From positions 12,276,001 through 12,340,000 of the forward strand of contig OX442314.1 of the NCBI GenBank assembly GCA_949358305.1: 64,000 nucleotides of DNA. Direction: 5' to 3'. Source of the DNA: Strigamia acuminata. Lineage: Eukaryota. Shown here in pieces: positions 12,764-23,980 of the stretch; within the stretch, counting starts at the first letter, position 1; each line of letters opens with the position of its first letter. The position numbers and the translations under genes are program-made. Below the pieces are notes generated by a model. It ran no database searches and had not been told where the DNA came from. It saw only the letters and a list, made by a program, of their open reading frames with translations.

Positions 12764-13020
12764 GAACAGGAGCACTGGCAAGAAGAAGTGACAGGCACGG
12801 GATCTGGTAGCTTCGGCGACCAGATTCCTTACAACCTGGAGCCTTTATCACAGCGGTACAACTCCTAACTATAACGTTCCCGGCTAAGTTAACGCTAAGC
12901 CAATGCGGTAGGCCGCGCATGTGTACCGCATGCCGCCGGTGTCGGGTACAGAAAGAGTCCTTAGGACATATTCTGGGAAGCTGTCCCAGCACTAAGCCCC
13001 AGCGAATTGCGAGACACGAT
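12764..13020 (+). pseudogene. Fragment of an R2-like (restriction-like endonuclease) non-LTR retrotransposon ORF
   Basis: Frame 12838-13020 translates GAFITAVQLLTITFPAKLTLSQCGRPRMCTACRRCRVQKESLGHILGSCPSTKPQRIARHD, the CRxC..ExLxHILxxC..RIxRH(D/N) knuckle that precedes the RLE domain; the upstream part is frameshifted. Not in the ORF track. Confidence 0.85.
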
Positions 13021-14784
13021 ACCCGGCTATATATCGCTATGAGATGCTCTTTGTGTGGGTCGCTAAGGTTTTAGCGACTCTAACGGACAGTAGAGTCATT
13101 TTTATTCTGAAATGTGTTTGTGGTATTATACCAAGAATATCAGACACGCACATATTTAACGTGTCTTCTCGTGTCTGATTTATGTGTGGTGTCAGATGTA
13201 CAGTGTAGTAAAGAAAAAGTCGGCTTTTACTTTTGTTTTGCTTATACACGGACTGTTCGAGTCAGTTAAAGGAAATCTTTATAGAGCACACAAAGGTTTT
13301 ATGGGGGCATGCACGGAATGATTAAATACACTTTTCATTCTTTCTCAGCAGAGGCAAATGTTTGAAATTTTAAATTGCAATTTGGTTTCATAAATTATGG
13401 GTAAGTGGAGATGATTTATTATTTTTTTCTTTGCTTTAATGTTTTTCAAAGTAAGTTTTTATGAGAAACTGCTCCAAAAAGCTTCCTGTTTGGTAGTCTA
13501 CACTTGAGCTAGGCGCCATCCACTACATAGCTAATACATATTAAGTTTGCAAGAGAATTTAAATCGTTATTATTAAACTTTCTAATGAAATGTAAAGCAC
13601 CATAAAGTAGTTTTCGGCTTAGTTTATGACCTTAGGCTATTGTAGGAAAATTTATATTAAAAAAAAAAGATTACCGAAGAACTCGTGGAACGTAGAAAAT
13701 AACTTGCAGTGAAATCAAGGCAGAGCTTGTGTTATTTGCAAGGGATATTACCATGGAAGTTTTAGTGTAGCATGCTTCCATGGATACAACTGACCCTTGT
13801 GACTTTTACTATGATATAAGCAGTGAGGTATTGCTATGGTTGGGGTTTATTGTGGAGCATATTCGGCCTCTAGTTGCTGGGATTTGTACCAATGTCAGGT
13901 CGTAAAATATGTTGTATTAGTCGCAGGAATCTGCTACAATGAAGGCAGCGAGTGAGCAAATGTGTAGCAATCCATCAAAATCGAGGAAAATAATTTAATA
14001 TTACTTTTTCTTGTGCAGGAAACAATTAGTTTGGATGGAAAATGAAATATTGTTTGTTGTTTTGTGTGGTTGCATTTCAACAAAATATCGACAATTTAAT
14101 AAGACATCAAAATTGAATGGCTTGAAATGACAGCAGTGAATCAATAATTTAATAACATCAAAATTTAACAACTTTGAGACAACAATTTAATAATTTAGAC
14201 TGGAGCTATATTGTTCAATAGCACATGGTTTTATTATTAATTTTTGGCGAATTTTATTGTTATTTCAGTCTATAACATGCATTCTTTATCTAAATCCTCC
14301 TGCAGGGTCTCTATTCTTGTTCTGTGTCACAAATTCTGAGTTGGGGGATTACAAGTAACAATTCTTTGAATTTGTAGTCATGTTGTCACAATGTAACAAA
14401 AAATTGAAAATAATCCTTTTTGATCCTGAACATAACTGTAGATAGATTATATAAACGGGGGAAAAGCCCAAAACTGACATCTACAGACACTAGAATTTTC
14501 AACAACAGCATCGAAGGAATCTTTTACGATCAAGCCGTAGTATTAAACACTGATTTACCGGTACAACGGAGTGACAAAGAAGGTGATTCCAGTAGGTATA
14601 AGCTTAGGTATTAACTAAATGATTGCAAAGCCATTTTGTTAGTTGTACTGTGTGAGAATTGTGATGAATTTCGATTCTTACGTGGTGTAGCTTACTGTAT
14701 TTTATTGTGTTGATGACCCAATCGATTTTGGTACTTCTGGACTTTTTAACTCAGCTTTGTGGTGACACCTAATCTAATGAAGAC

Positions 14785-15314
14785 TTTACGAAATGTAAAT
14801 GAACTTCACGATGGGTGATGAATTGTAAAACAGCAAAAGCGACGGTCGAAATAAAACTTAACAACTTTTAATTTTACTTGAGTTGAAAAATGACATTCTT
14901 TTTCACAAGTGACGCGTGGTCAGCGAGTTGAGGGTGGAATGTGGGTTACATAGAAAAAACGGGGTCTACATCCGGTCAACAAGGGCCGAAAGATACCCAA
15001 TTTACATAAAAGAGGGCTCTCGAAAAGACCCTCGAGCGATTTATATAACACAAAAAGAACACAGACAATTTAATGCAATAACACAACTGAAAAGTCAGCA
15101 AAAACCATGATGAAACACAATTAAACACGATAATACACAATAAGGCACAATGAATGAAAAAGAACACAAAACACAAAACAAAACACAAAACACTTAATTG
15201 TAATAAACACAAATCAATCACTAAATTCAATCGATAATTAAACTAAGACAAAATTACTAAAATCAAATACATGAATAAACATTAAAAACAAATTAAATCA
15301 GTCTAGATTTTACA
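14785..15314 (-). repeat. 3' LTR of the BEL/Pao element
   Basis: Direct repeat of 20612-21141 (offset 5827); on the element strand begins TGTAAAATC and ends CGTAAA. Confidence 0.96.
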
Positions 15315-15334
15315 TTGGGGGGGGGGGAATTCAA

Positions 15335-18300
15335 TTAGTCTGAAGCCTCTAAAGAACACAGTCTTTGTACTGGGCGTCTCAAAGTTTTTCCTTCGGGCAA
15401 AGTCAATTCACAAGAGCGTATTTTTTCGTCCCGTCCGATAAAGGTATTTGAAACTCTTGCCATTTTCCATGACATTCGAGGCTGACCTTGTTCTTGAATG
15501 AGAACCAAATCCCCAATTTGAACTTCTTTTGAGGTTCGTACACGACGGAATTCACGAAGCTCGACAAGGTACTCGTGCGTCCAACGACGCCAAAGCAAAT
15601 TAATCAAACGTTGACGCAGCTTCCATCGCTTCACGAGCTCGGGTCGAAATGAATTGTCGACACGACTTTCTGGACTGTAGACGTCTGGAAGCGTGATGAG
15701 ACGTCCTCCGGTCAAAAAATGAGAAGGCGTCAGCGGTTCTTGCTCCAACGGATCGTCCGTAACGTAAGTGATTGGTCTCGAATTAACCGCAGCTTCGACC
15801 TCTGTCAAAACGGTCGACAGTTCTTCAAAGTCCAACGATGATCGAGCAAGGACTTTTTTTAAGCTCAGTTTAACAGTTTTGACCAGTCGCTCCCAAAATC
15901 CGCCCCACCACGGAGCCAATTCGACGATAAATTTCCACTGTATTTTTTGCTTTGACAAGAACCCCTGGAACAGCTCGTGCGAGAAGCTGTTGATGAATAA
16001 AGACAAGTCTTTTTCGGCTCGCTTAAAGGTTTTAGCATTGTCTGAGTAGACAATGCCAGGGACTCCTCTTCTTGCAATAAGTCGTTTAAATGCGAGAATG
16101 AATTTCTCCGTAGTGAGATCAGATACAAGTTCTAAATGAACAGCTCGCACCACGGCACAAGTGAACAGAGCGATGTAAGTCTTTTTTCCGTTTTTAGTGT
16201 ATAGTGGTCCGGCGAAGTCTATGCCAATAATTTGAAATGGCTCCGCACGATTCACTCTGTCCGCAGGTAGCAGACCGACCGTTTGAGTCATCAATTTTGC
16301 GTTCACTCTTCGACAAGTCACGCATCGGGAAATCAATGTCTTGATGAATTTTCTTCCTTTTTTAACCCAGTATTTCGCTCTAAATTCTGACAGAGTGTTG
16401 CCTAGTCCTCCATGTAAAGTTCTATGATGACAATCTTCGACTATTAATTTTACAGCCGGTGAATTTGAATCCAAAACGATGGGGCTCACAAAATTTTCTA
16501 TTCCCGTGTTAAAACGTATTCTCGAGTCGATTCGTATAATTTCATTCTGGTCGAGAACTACGGCTACGCTTGCTAGGGGTGAATCGCTTTTCAGTTTCGT
16601 TGAATTTTTCAAGCTATATATTTCCTCCGAAAATCTCTGTTTTTGTATACTGCGCAACCAATAAATTTCGGCTGTTTCTAACTCTTCCGTCTTTAACGGT
16701 CCGATGACTGTTTCGATTTTTCTTGAATTGTGGCAAAATCTCAAAATCCAGGCGGTGATTCGTTTGACTTTGGTCCAACTGCTGTACTTTTCAATATCGA
16801 AAATCGCCTCTTCACTTGATCGAGTCACATTTACGCGAGTATCTATTTCTTCAATTTCTTCTTCAAAGTTGGACTCTGTTTCTTCGTCGAATTTTTGTGG
16901 CCAATGTGTCTCGTCCTTTTTCAGCCACTCAGGGCCGCTCCACCATTCGATGTCTTGAACCAATTTGTCGGCCTCCATTCCTCGGGTTAACTTATCCGCT
17001 GGATTGACCTTCCCCGGGCAATGACGCCAACAGGCGACCTCGGTGTTCGTGCGGATTTCGCGGACTCGGTTCGAGACGAATGGATTTGACTTCTTCTGTT
17101 GCTCGCGAATCCAGAAATATGTAATGGACGAATCGGTCCAGTAGAAAACACGCTGAATTTCTAACTTCTTGAGTTTCACGGCAACTCGCGACAGCAGCAA
17201 TGCGCCCATCAATTCGAGTTTGGGCAGCGTTAAAGACTTCAGTGGTGCAACGCGCGACTTCGACATACAGAGTGTGACTTCTACGGATGTTTCATTTTTT
17301 GTTCGAATGTAGACCACGACTCCATATGCTTTGGGGCTTGCGTCGCAAAACAAATGCAATTCACGATCTGGATTTGATTGTTGTCCAGCGCTGTAATGTC
17401 GAGGAACGGCAATTTTTCTTAGCAATACGACTTGTTGTCGCCAACTTGACCATTGTTTTGAAATGTCGGGGGGTAATGGCGAATCCCAACCTATATTTCG
17501 AGTCCATAATTCCTGGAACATCAGTTTGCCGACAATTACGAATGGTGTCGCAAATCCTAATGGATCGTAAATCCTTGCCACGGACTGAACGATCAAACGT
17601 TTTGATTCCTTGAGTTGATCTTGTGCGTCAGCCCATTCGCCTATTTCGAGCAGGAGGTGGTCGGTTATAAAGTTCCAGATCAGTCCCAACACGGACGTCG
17701 AGTGTTTGTCGGCGTCGACCAGATTTGCGTCCGACGGAATTTCTCTCGCAAAAAGTTCTCGCAAGCTTTGTGAGTTCGATTGCCATTTGCGTAGGGGCAT
17801 GTGCGCTTCCATCATCAATTTGCGAGCTTCGTGGAATATTTTTTCCACCTCCCCTTCGGATTTGGCGCAACCGAGCAAGTCGTCGACGTAAAATTTATCT
17901 TTGATTTGAGCAACTGTTTCTTCATATTTTTCACGCATGTTGTCGAGATGTAGTTGAATTGAGTCGTTTAAAAGGTAGGGACTTGATTTGACTCCGAATA
18001 CTACTCTTTTCTGGCGCATAACTCTGGGCTTCACAAACTGCCGACCGTCCCATTCTTCCGGTGTCCAAAGGAAACGAACGAAATCCCGATCTGCCATTCT
18101 CAGCAATAGCTGTAAAAACGCCTTTTCTATGTCCGAAAGATAAGCAAATGGTTCTTTTCGAAACAAAATCAGCAATATAAGTATTTCTGGCAGCAAATTA
18201 GGACCGCTGTCCAGGCAATCGTTCAGTGAAAGTTCATTTTTTCCTTTAGCTGAGGCATCGAAAACGATCCGAATCTTTGTCGTGACGCGATCTTCTTTAA

Positions 18301-20524
18301 TAACGGCTCGGTGTGGCATGTAGTACGAATTTTCATGTTGCGGTTCATTAACTTCTTCGATTATTCCATCACGTATTTGATCGTCGAAAATTTGTTTGTA
18401 GGCGGCGTAGAATCCTGGATTTTTCTTAAATTTTCTTACCAGATTCCAAAAACGTTTCTCAGCAATTTCGTAATTATTGTGAAGTTTTCTCGGTTCGACC
18501 AACCACGGCAATGCGACGACGTATCTTCCTTCTTCTCTCGTCACTTGTTCGCGAAAACGAATTGCGCAGGAATTTCGATCGGTCAATGTTTCGTCTTCAC
18601 TCTCGTGGCGAATGCCGATGGATTCGAGCTCCCAGAATTTTTTCAGACTCTCGTCCAGTCGCTCCTCGAGACGCACACTGCACACGCGGGTGACTAGTGT
18701 GGACATTGTCGTGACATTTATTGATGACCCCATCAAAGTCCAGCCAAATAGCGTCTCTATGGCGATCAAATTTTCCTCGATTTTTCGTATGCATCCCGTA
18801 AGTATCTTCGCGATACAGTCTGCGCCTAAAAGAATAAAAATATCGCAATTAGTATTGTTTCCAGAATCAATCACGATTTGATCGCGTTCGAGGGCGGCTC
18901 GTAAGCCAGCCTGCAATTTGGTACAAATGGGTTTTGTAATCCATGGCGTTTCAAGCGCATTAACGCAGAGCGATCGATTTTTGTCGCCAACATTGCACAA
19001 TTTGAGTTCAAATCGATTTCCTTTAGTGTTCAACGGTGTCTGATTTCCAAAAGTGTGCACGTTTAAATGTTCTTCTCCATTCGGCTTCAAATGCAAGTCT
19101 TTTGCCAAACTAGCCAGTACGAAGGAACTCTGGCTTCCCGGATCGATCAAACACTGCACGATGGACTCACGAGATTCGTTTTGAATTTTTACGAATATTG
19201 TTGCCAATGTTGCGGTTGGAGGTTGTGCGTACGCAGCGAGGTTTTCGTTTGTTGATACGAGCAAAGTGACTTTTTCTTTTGGCGTCTCAGATGGGCCTTC
19301 GCACACGAGTTGGTTGTGATGGCGTTGACACAGTTTACACGTAACACGGAAGGTGCAGTTTCGAGACGAATGTCCTTTTTTTAAGCATTTGAAACAGCGA
19401 CCTTCCTTTTTAACGAACTCTTTACGTTCGGTTGCGGTAGTCAAACACCCGTCACGCTCATGAGTCTTGTTGCAAAACATGCAATTAGTAATTGTTGTGC
19501 TCAAAACACGAGCAGACGGCACACGATTGGGTTTTTGATTGGATTTGTCTACCTCAATTTTTTCAGGTTTGCTTTTCTCTGTTGAGCGGTGAAGATCTTG
19601 AAAGTTCTCAATTTTATTGTGGTGCACGAGTTCGTTACGCACCATGTCCAACAAATCTTTAGCTTTGTATTTCCCGTCGGGATATTGACGTGAAAATTCC
19701 AGCGAAATTTGTCGTGGCACTAGTCCTAGAATGAGTGGACACGCTGTTGCGTCAATGGCATCAACATTCATATTTGCCGCATTCAGACCGCGTACGTGTG
19801 TTTCACACTCATCGTACAATTTTTGAAGAGGAATAGGATCGAGAATATCACGTACGGGTTTCATTTTCATTAGGGAGCGTAAATGTGCGCTGAGAAGAAC
19901 ATCTGTACGGCCAAAGCGTTCGAGCAACAATTTTTTAGCGATCGGATAGTTTTCATTTGTTGGCGGTAATCCCTTCAACACGAGTGCTGCTTCTCCATCC
20001 AAGAGCGACTTTAAATACACCAATTTACTTTGCGCAGAAATGTTCGTTTTGGTGTCAATTGAGATCTCAAAATTACCCCAAAAGTCAGCCCAGTCCAGCG
20101 GATCTCCTTTGAATTTAATTGTGTCGTACTTGGGCAGTCGCATGGGTGAGTCTTGTGGCACACTCGCGGTCCCGTGGTAATTATTTGTTATCGGCGGGAG
20201 TACAGGTGTGGTTGGGGGCGCGATGAAAGTAATTAGCGCCTCGTCGATTTCGACACCACAATCAATAATTTTTTCGTGATATTCAGTCTCGGATCGAGTG
20301 ATTTCTTCATCTATCTCTTGTTCGTCGGTGAGCATGGCCAAGATTTTGGCGTCGAGCGATTTGAGTTCATTTGATTTTGCTTGTAGATGCACTTTTATCT
20401 TTTTTAAATCGAGTTCATTTATAGGTATACCAGCGAGAATTGTTTTGGCCTTCGTTATAGTTGTGGTGGTCAGCCTACGGGTTACTGCACGCTGAGCCTT
20501 CAACACGGCGAGGTCGTCGGCCAT
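15335..20524 (-). CDS. BEL/Pao gag-pol polyprotein (1729 aa)
   Basis: Uninterrupted ORF. Gag region LPKYDTIKFKGDPLDWADFWGNF; three Cys/His knuckles (CMFCNKTH, CFKCLKKGHSSRNC, CKLCQRHHNQLVC); aspartic protease LIDPGSQSSF; RT with YMPHRAVIK, RIVFDAS, FYVDD; Pao-type RNase H LHLFCDASPKAYG; integrase HHCC plus GIDFAGP / SDNAKTF / WWGGFWERLV; C-terminal RWTHEYL. Confidence 0.97.
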   Translation of the reverse strand: MADDLAVLKAQRAVTRRLTTTTITKAKTILAGIPINELDLKKIKVHLQAKSNELKSLDAKILAMLTDEQEIDEEITRSETEYHEKIIDCGVEIDEALITFIAPPTTPVLPPITNNYHGTASVPQDSPMRLPKYDTIKFKGDPLDWADFWGNFEISIDTKTNISAQSKLVYLKSLLDGEAALVLKGLPPTNENYPIAKKLLLERFGRTDVLLSAHLRSLMKMKPVRDILDPIPLQKLYDECETHVRGLNAANMNVDAIDATACPLILGLVPRQISLEFSRQYPDGKYKAKDLLDMVRNELVHHNKIENFQDLHRSTEKSKPEKIEVDKSNQKPNRVPSARVLSTTITNCMFCNKTHERDGCLTTATERKEFVKKEGRCFKCLKKGHSSRNCTFRVTCKLCQRHHNQLVCEGPSETPKEKVTLLVSTNENLAAYAQPPTATLATIFVKIQNESRESIVQCLIDPGSQSSFVLASLAKDLHLKPNGEEHLNVHTFGNQTPLNTKGNRFELKLCNVGDKNRSLCVNALETPWITKPICTKLQAGLRAALERDQIVIDSGNNTNCDIFILLGADCIAKILTGCIRKIEENLIAIETLFGWTLMGSSINVTTMSTLVTRVCSVRLEERLDESLKKFWELESIGIRHESEDETLTDRNSCAIRFREQVTREEGRYVVALPWLVEPRKLHNNYEIAEKRFWNLVRKFKKNPGFYAAYKQIFDDQIRDGIIEEVNEPQHENSYYMPHRAVIKEDRVTTKIRIVFDASAKGKNELSLNDCLDSGPNLLPEILILLILFRKEPFAYLSDIEKAFLQLLLRMADRDFVRFLWTPEEWDGRQFVKPRVMRQKRVVFGVKSSPYLLNDSIQLHLDNMREKYEETVAQIKDKFYVDDLLGCAKSEGEVEKIFHEARKLMMEAHMPLRKWQSNSQSLRELFAREIPSDANLVDADKHSTSVLGLIWNFITDHLLLEIGEWADAQDQLKESKRLIVQSVARIYDPLGFATPFVIVGKLMFQELWTRNIGWDSPLPPDISKQWSSWRQQVVLLRKIAVPRHYSAGQQSNPDRELHLFCDASPKAYGVVVYIRTKNETSVEVTLCMSKSRVAPLKSLTLPKLELMGALLLSRVAVKLKKLEIQRVFYWTDSSITYFWIREQQKKSNPFVSNRVREIRTNTEVACWRHCPGKVNPADKLTRGMEADKLVQDIEWWSGPEWLKKDETHWPQKFDEETESNFEEEIEEIDTRVNVTRSSEEAIFDIEKYSSWTKVKRITAWILRFCHNSRKIETVIGPLKTEELETAEIYWLRSIQKQRFSEEIYSLKNSTKLKSDSPLASVAVVLDQNEIIRIDSRIRFNTGIENFVSPIVLDSNSPAVKLIVEDCHHRTLHGGLGNTLSEFRAKYWVKKGRKFIKTLISRCVTCRRVNAKLMTQTVGLLPADRVNRAEPFQIIGIDFAGPLYTKNGKKTYIALFTCAVVRAVHLELVSDLTTEKFILAFKRLIARRGVPGIVYSDNAKTFKRAEKDLSLFINSFSHELFQGFLSKQKIQWKFIVELAPWWGGFWERLVKTVKLSLKKVLARSSLDFEELSTVLTEVEAAVNSRPITYVTDDPLEQEPLTPSHFLTGGRLITLPDVYSPESRVDNSFRPELVKRWKLRQRLINLLWRRWTHEYLVELREFRRVRTSKEVQIGDLVLIQEQGQPRMSWKMARVSNTFIGRDEKIRSCELTLPEGKTLRRPVQRLCSLEASD

Positions 20525-20592
20525 TGTTAAATTCGAGATGCTACTTGCAGTTTTTTCAGATTGAAGTTACGAGTTTGTTCCCTGGAAAGATG

Positions 20593-20610
20593 TCCCGGGT
20601 TTCGGCACCA
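20593..20610 (-). promoter_or_regulatory. Primer binding site complementary to the 3' end of tRNA-Phe
   Basis: Element strand TGGTGCCGAAACCCGGGA; the + strand TCCCGGGTTTCGGCACCA matches the last 18 nt (with CCA) of animal cytosolic tRNA-Phe(GAA) as I recall it. Confidence 0.9.
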
Positions 20611-20611
20611 A

Positions 20612-21141
20612 TTTACGAAATGTAAATGAACTTCACGATGGGTGATGAATTGTAAAACAGCAAAAGCGACGGTCGAAATAAAACTTAACAACTTTTAATT
20701 TTACTTGAGTTGAAAAATGACATTCTTTTTCACAAGTGACGCGTGGTCAGCGAGTTGAGGGTGGAATGTGGGTTACATAGAAAAAACGGGGTCTACATCC
20801 GGTCAACAAGGGCCGAAAGATACCCAATTTACATAAAAGAGGGCTCTCGAAAAGACCCTCGAGCGATTTATATAACACAAAAAGAACACAGACAATTTAA
20901 TGCAATAACACAACTGAAAAGTCAGCAAAAACCATGATGAAACACAATTAAACACGATAATACACAATAAGGCACAATGAATGAAAAAGAACACAAAACA
21001 CAAAACAAAACACAAAACACTTAATTGTAATAAACACAAATCAATCACTAAATTCAATCGATAATTAAACTAAGACAAAATTACTAAAATCAAATACATG
21101 AATAAACATTAAAAACAAATTAAATCAGTCTAGATTTTACA
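20612..21141 (-). repeat. 5' LTR of the BEL/Pao element
   Basis: Direct repeat of 14785-15314; followed on the element strand by a 1-nt spacer and the primer binding site. Confidence 0.96.
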
Positions 21142-21329
21142 AAGACTGAAGCAGTTTGAGCTCTTTCAGAGAAGTGTGATGGGCCAGTTAGACACGAAAG
21201 GAGTTCTGATCTTTTAACAGGAGTAAGATGTTAGAGCTGATTAAACTATAAATTTGAATATGCTTAATTTATATTTATTAAAGGAAAAGACCTTTGAACC
21301 TTTGGGGTTATCTTCAGTGGTTAAAATAA

Positions 21330-21850
21330 ATTAAAAACAATACAAAATAAAAATACAATGCATGGAAACGCATCGATTGGTTCTGGTTCTTGCGATGGAC
21401 AAACCCATCACTTATTGGTGACTGAATTGGCAACACATTTGGTTGCAACAATCGGACGGGAATGACGTAGAGAACGGAAATGATGTAGGGAACGGAAGCT
21501 CAGACAAAGAACAAACAATGCCGCCACGCCGTCTGTTGATTAATACTCACAGCAAATACAAACAACAAAGTCACACTCACAACTCACACAACCGCATATA
21601 TAAATAAAGAAACCGAACATTTCTTTATCTCACTTCGGATATAGTTCTATCTTCCGGCACAGTAGGGACTTTCTCTTATTCTTCCACTCCTGTTGGTAAA
21701 TGGGTTCTGGAGTGTTTGTGTCACTTTTCCCTTAAGTTTGTTTTACTTTATCTTGGTGATGAGTCGTGTCTGCATCGTCACCTATATCGTACTATGAATA
21801 AATTAAACAGTATGCTGATTTTAATCTATTTTACGTGAATTCAAGTGAAT
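21330..21850 (-). mobile_element. Possible decayed Ty3/Gypsy 3' end (integrase tail plus start of an LTR)
   Basis: - strand gives HV.RLKSAY (needs a frameshift) and PFTNRSGRIRESP, resembling gypsy integrase C-termini, then a purine-rich stretch and TGTT; similar words recur at 24455-24720. Confidence 0.35.
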
Positions 21851-23464
21851 TCAATTTTTGTACATACTTGACTTCAGTATCTCCCAATTGTGTTTGTAGT
21901 TCTTCTTCAAGTCTGTTCGATTCTTTCTTCTCTCCGATTATCAAGACTTTGTTAGTCTTAACCCAACCACATGGAAAGTGTTATTTGGGTTGAGCCAAGA
22001 CCAAGAAAACAGACCAAGGCTAAATCTTGGACGAACAAGTCTAAATTAAGGATGAAGTCAGAATGAAATAGACTTTTCGCGATAAGTTTCAGTTACTTAT
22101 TTGACATGCAAGTATGATCGGATTTACTGTAACCTTAGGATAAGGAAGCAACAGTGTAAGACTCGCGACCACAATACCCCACAGTGTTTTAGGCGAAAAC
22201 CTTGATATAAACCCCCATATTTTTTTGTAGCTTAGGCATTGCAATTATTGAAAATTCACTATTCCAAATGAAGCCAAAAGCGGCAATGACCATCCAAAGC
22301 CAAGAAAGCATTAATTATACAGTTACGGTACAGTATACATCAAATTTGTAGTGGTTAAATTAGTATTCTTAGTGTGAAATGAGTATTTTCAGTGGAAAAT
22401 CTAATTAATTCTGGTTAAGTTGAATTAGTGGGTGAAAAAAGTTTGTTCAGTGAAAAAAGTAGTAAGTGGGAAGTTCAATATTTTTTTAGTGGGAAACTCA
22501 GGAAAAGTAGTGCTAAAGTAATAGAAATATGATATGCTAACCTATTACACGGACCAAGAAACTGCGTAATGCAAAATTCACTTCTAGGTGGGAAGGAAGT
22601 CAATTAGTGCACCCATGTCTTCAAGCTTATTGTACACAAGTTAACGAAGCGTATTTTTTATTAACGAAGTTATGTGCATATGGTACATAAGTTTCTTTTA
22701 ATGTATTTGTGTTGTAAGGGATTCATTATTATCAAGGGAGCCATCTATGTGGAGGTAGAAAACAGAAATTGGGTATAAAAGCAGCTTGAAGTGAAGAAAA
22801 GCTTAGCAGATGTTGATACTCGTTTCTCCTATTAGGAAAGTCGTAAAACGCTTGGATGAACACAAATCGGTGGTTTGCGACTCGGGCAATTAAAGTTGGT
22901 GTCAAAGAGTTAGGGATGTCGATGGTTTTGCAAGTTTTGTTGTTTTAGCTTCGGCGTCCCACTAATTAACGTCGAGATTTTGTTGACCAAGAGCAGATGA
23001 GATGAGTGTGCTGTGGTGTGACTGTGGAAATTAAACAATAATATCTTTATATCGTTTTATATCGCTGGTGTAGTTTAAATGTATTAAAGAATAGGTTTGG
23101 GTGAGGAAATGAAAAAAAGGTTATCAGGAATTCATCAAATACAGCAATGAGATGCGAAGAAATAGAGGATGATCGATAAAATGATGAATTGATTAAGCAT
23201 AGGAGGGAGAATGAATTAATGGTCTGCTTCCATAGATAAGATAAAAATGGTTGCTGAGGGCTCTATAAGATATTGTGTGTATGGTGGGCACGAAACATGA
23301 ATTTTTTTCCAATTTCTAAAAATTGAGTAGTTACATGAAAATTGTGTAAGAAAATCATGTGTGGTAAATTGAATGGCGGTAATGATGATTGTTTTAATGC
23401 TTTTTAAGTTTCTATCTTTGAAACTGAGATTATTGTTCAATTACAAAGTTGTACGGACACATAT

Positions 23465-23655
23465 CCATATGTTCAGTGCGTTTTGCGACCGATGGCGCCA
23501 CTTAAAATAAAGCTGCACTGTATTCTGGGATGACAACAGGTAACAAGCATGCTTAGCTGGCAAAGCAATGCCTGACACGTGATTGCTGTCATCCAATCAG
23601 TGCACAGAACAACGAATAAATATGAAATAACACGGATACACGACTATGTTATCCC
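23465..23655 (-). mobile_element. MITE, diverged copy of 48206-48411
   Basis: Reverse-complement alignment including AGCTGCACTGTATTCTGGGATGACAACAG and CATCCAATCAG. Confidence 0.75.
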
Positions 23656-23683
23656 ACGTTATCCATTAGTTCTTGGTTGTAGG

Positions 23684-23980
23684 CAGGGATTTTGAGCAAT
23701 CAATTTTTTAAATTGCGCCGCTCCAGCGTCAACGATGACTGCTTCAGCTCTACTCCGCGATCCGGCTCGAATTATTTTTGCCAAAAATGCACAATTTGAA
23801 TGCAGCATCAAGTTACCAAACGGGGAACCTTTTTTTCGCTCAATATTATTCATTTTGGATAGATAATGAAGAAGGAAATGGAGCAGTGAAGCGGTCAAGC
23901 TTTTCTGTGCTCCGGCTTCACTATAGCTTGGGACTAAAACCTGCTTCATGCTCCAGCTCCGAGCTCCGCTCCAAAGACCT
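23684..23980. mobile_element. Degenerate hAT-like MITE (CAGG...CCTG) with GCTCC subrepeats
   Basis: CAGGGATTTTGAGC ... GCTCCGCTCCAAAGACCTG; no clear target duplication. Confidence 0.4.

Larger units (their letters stand above)
14785..21141 (-). mobile_element. Full-length BEL/Pao LTR retrotransposon, recent insertion
   Basis: Two 530-bp direct repeats (14785-15314, 20612-21141) flank a single 1729-aa ORF; 5-bp target-site duplication AAGAC at 14780-14784 and 21142-21146; tRNA primer site next to the 5' LTR; domain order gag-PR-RT-RH-IN with BEL/Pao-type motifs. Confidence 0.97.

Noticed and set aside
14916..15230. Identical small ORFs also present at 20743-21057
   Set aside because: They lie within the two LTRs; duplication reflects the LTRs and the peptides have no recognisable features.
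15768..20495. Many short ORFs antisense or out of frame to gag-pol
   Set aside because: Shadow ORFs of a long coding region; no independent motifs.
20593..20610. Match to tRNA-Phe
   Set aside because: Only the 3' 18 nt including CCA; it is a primer binding site, not a tRNA gene.
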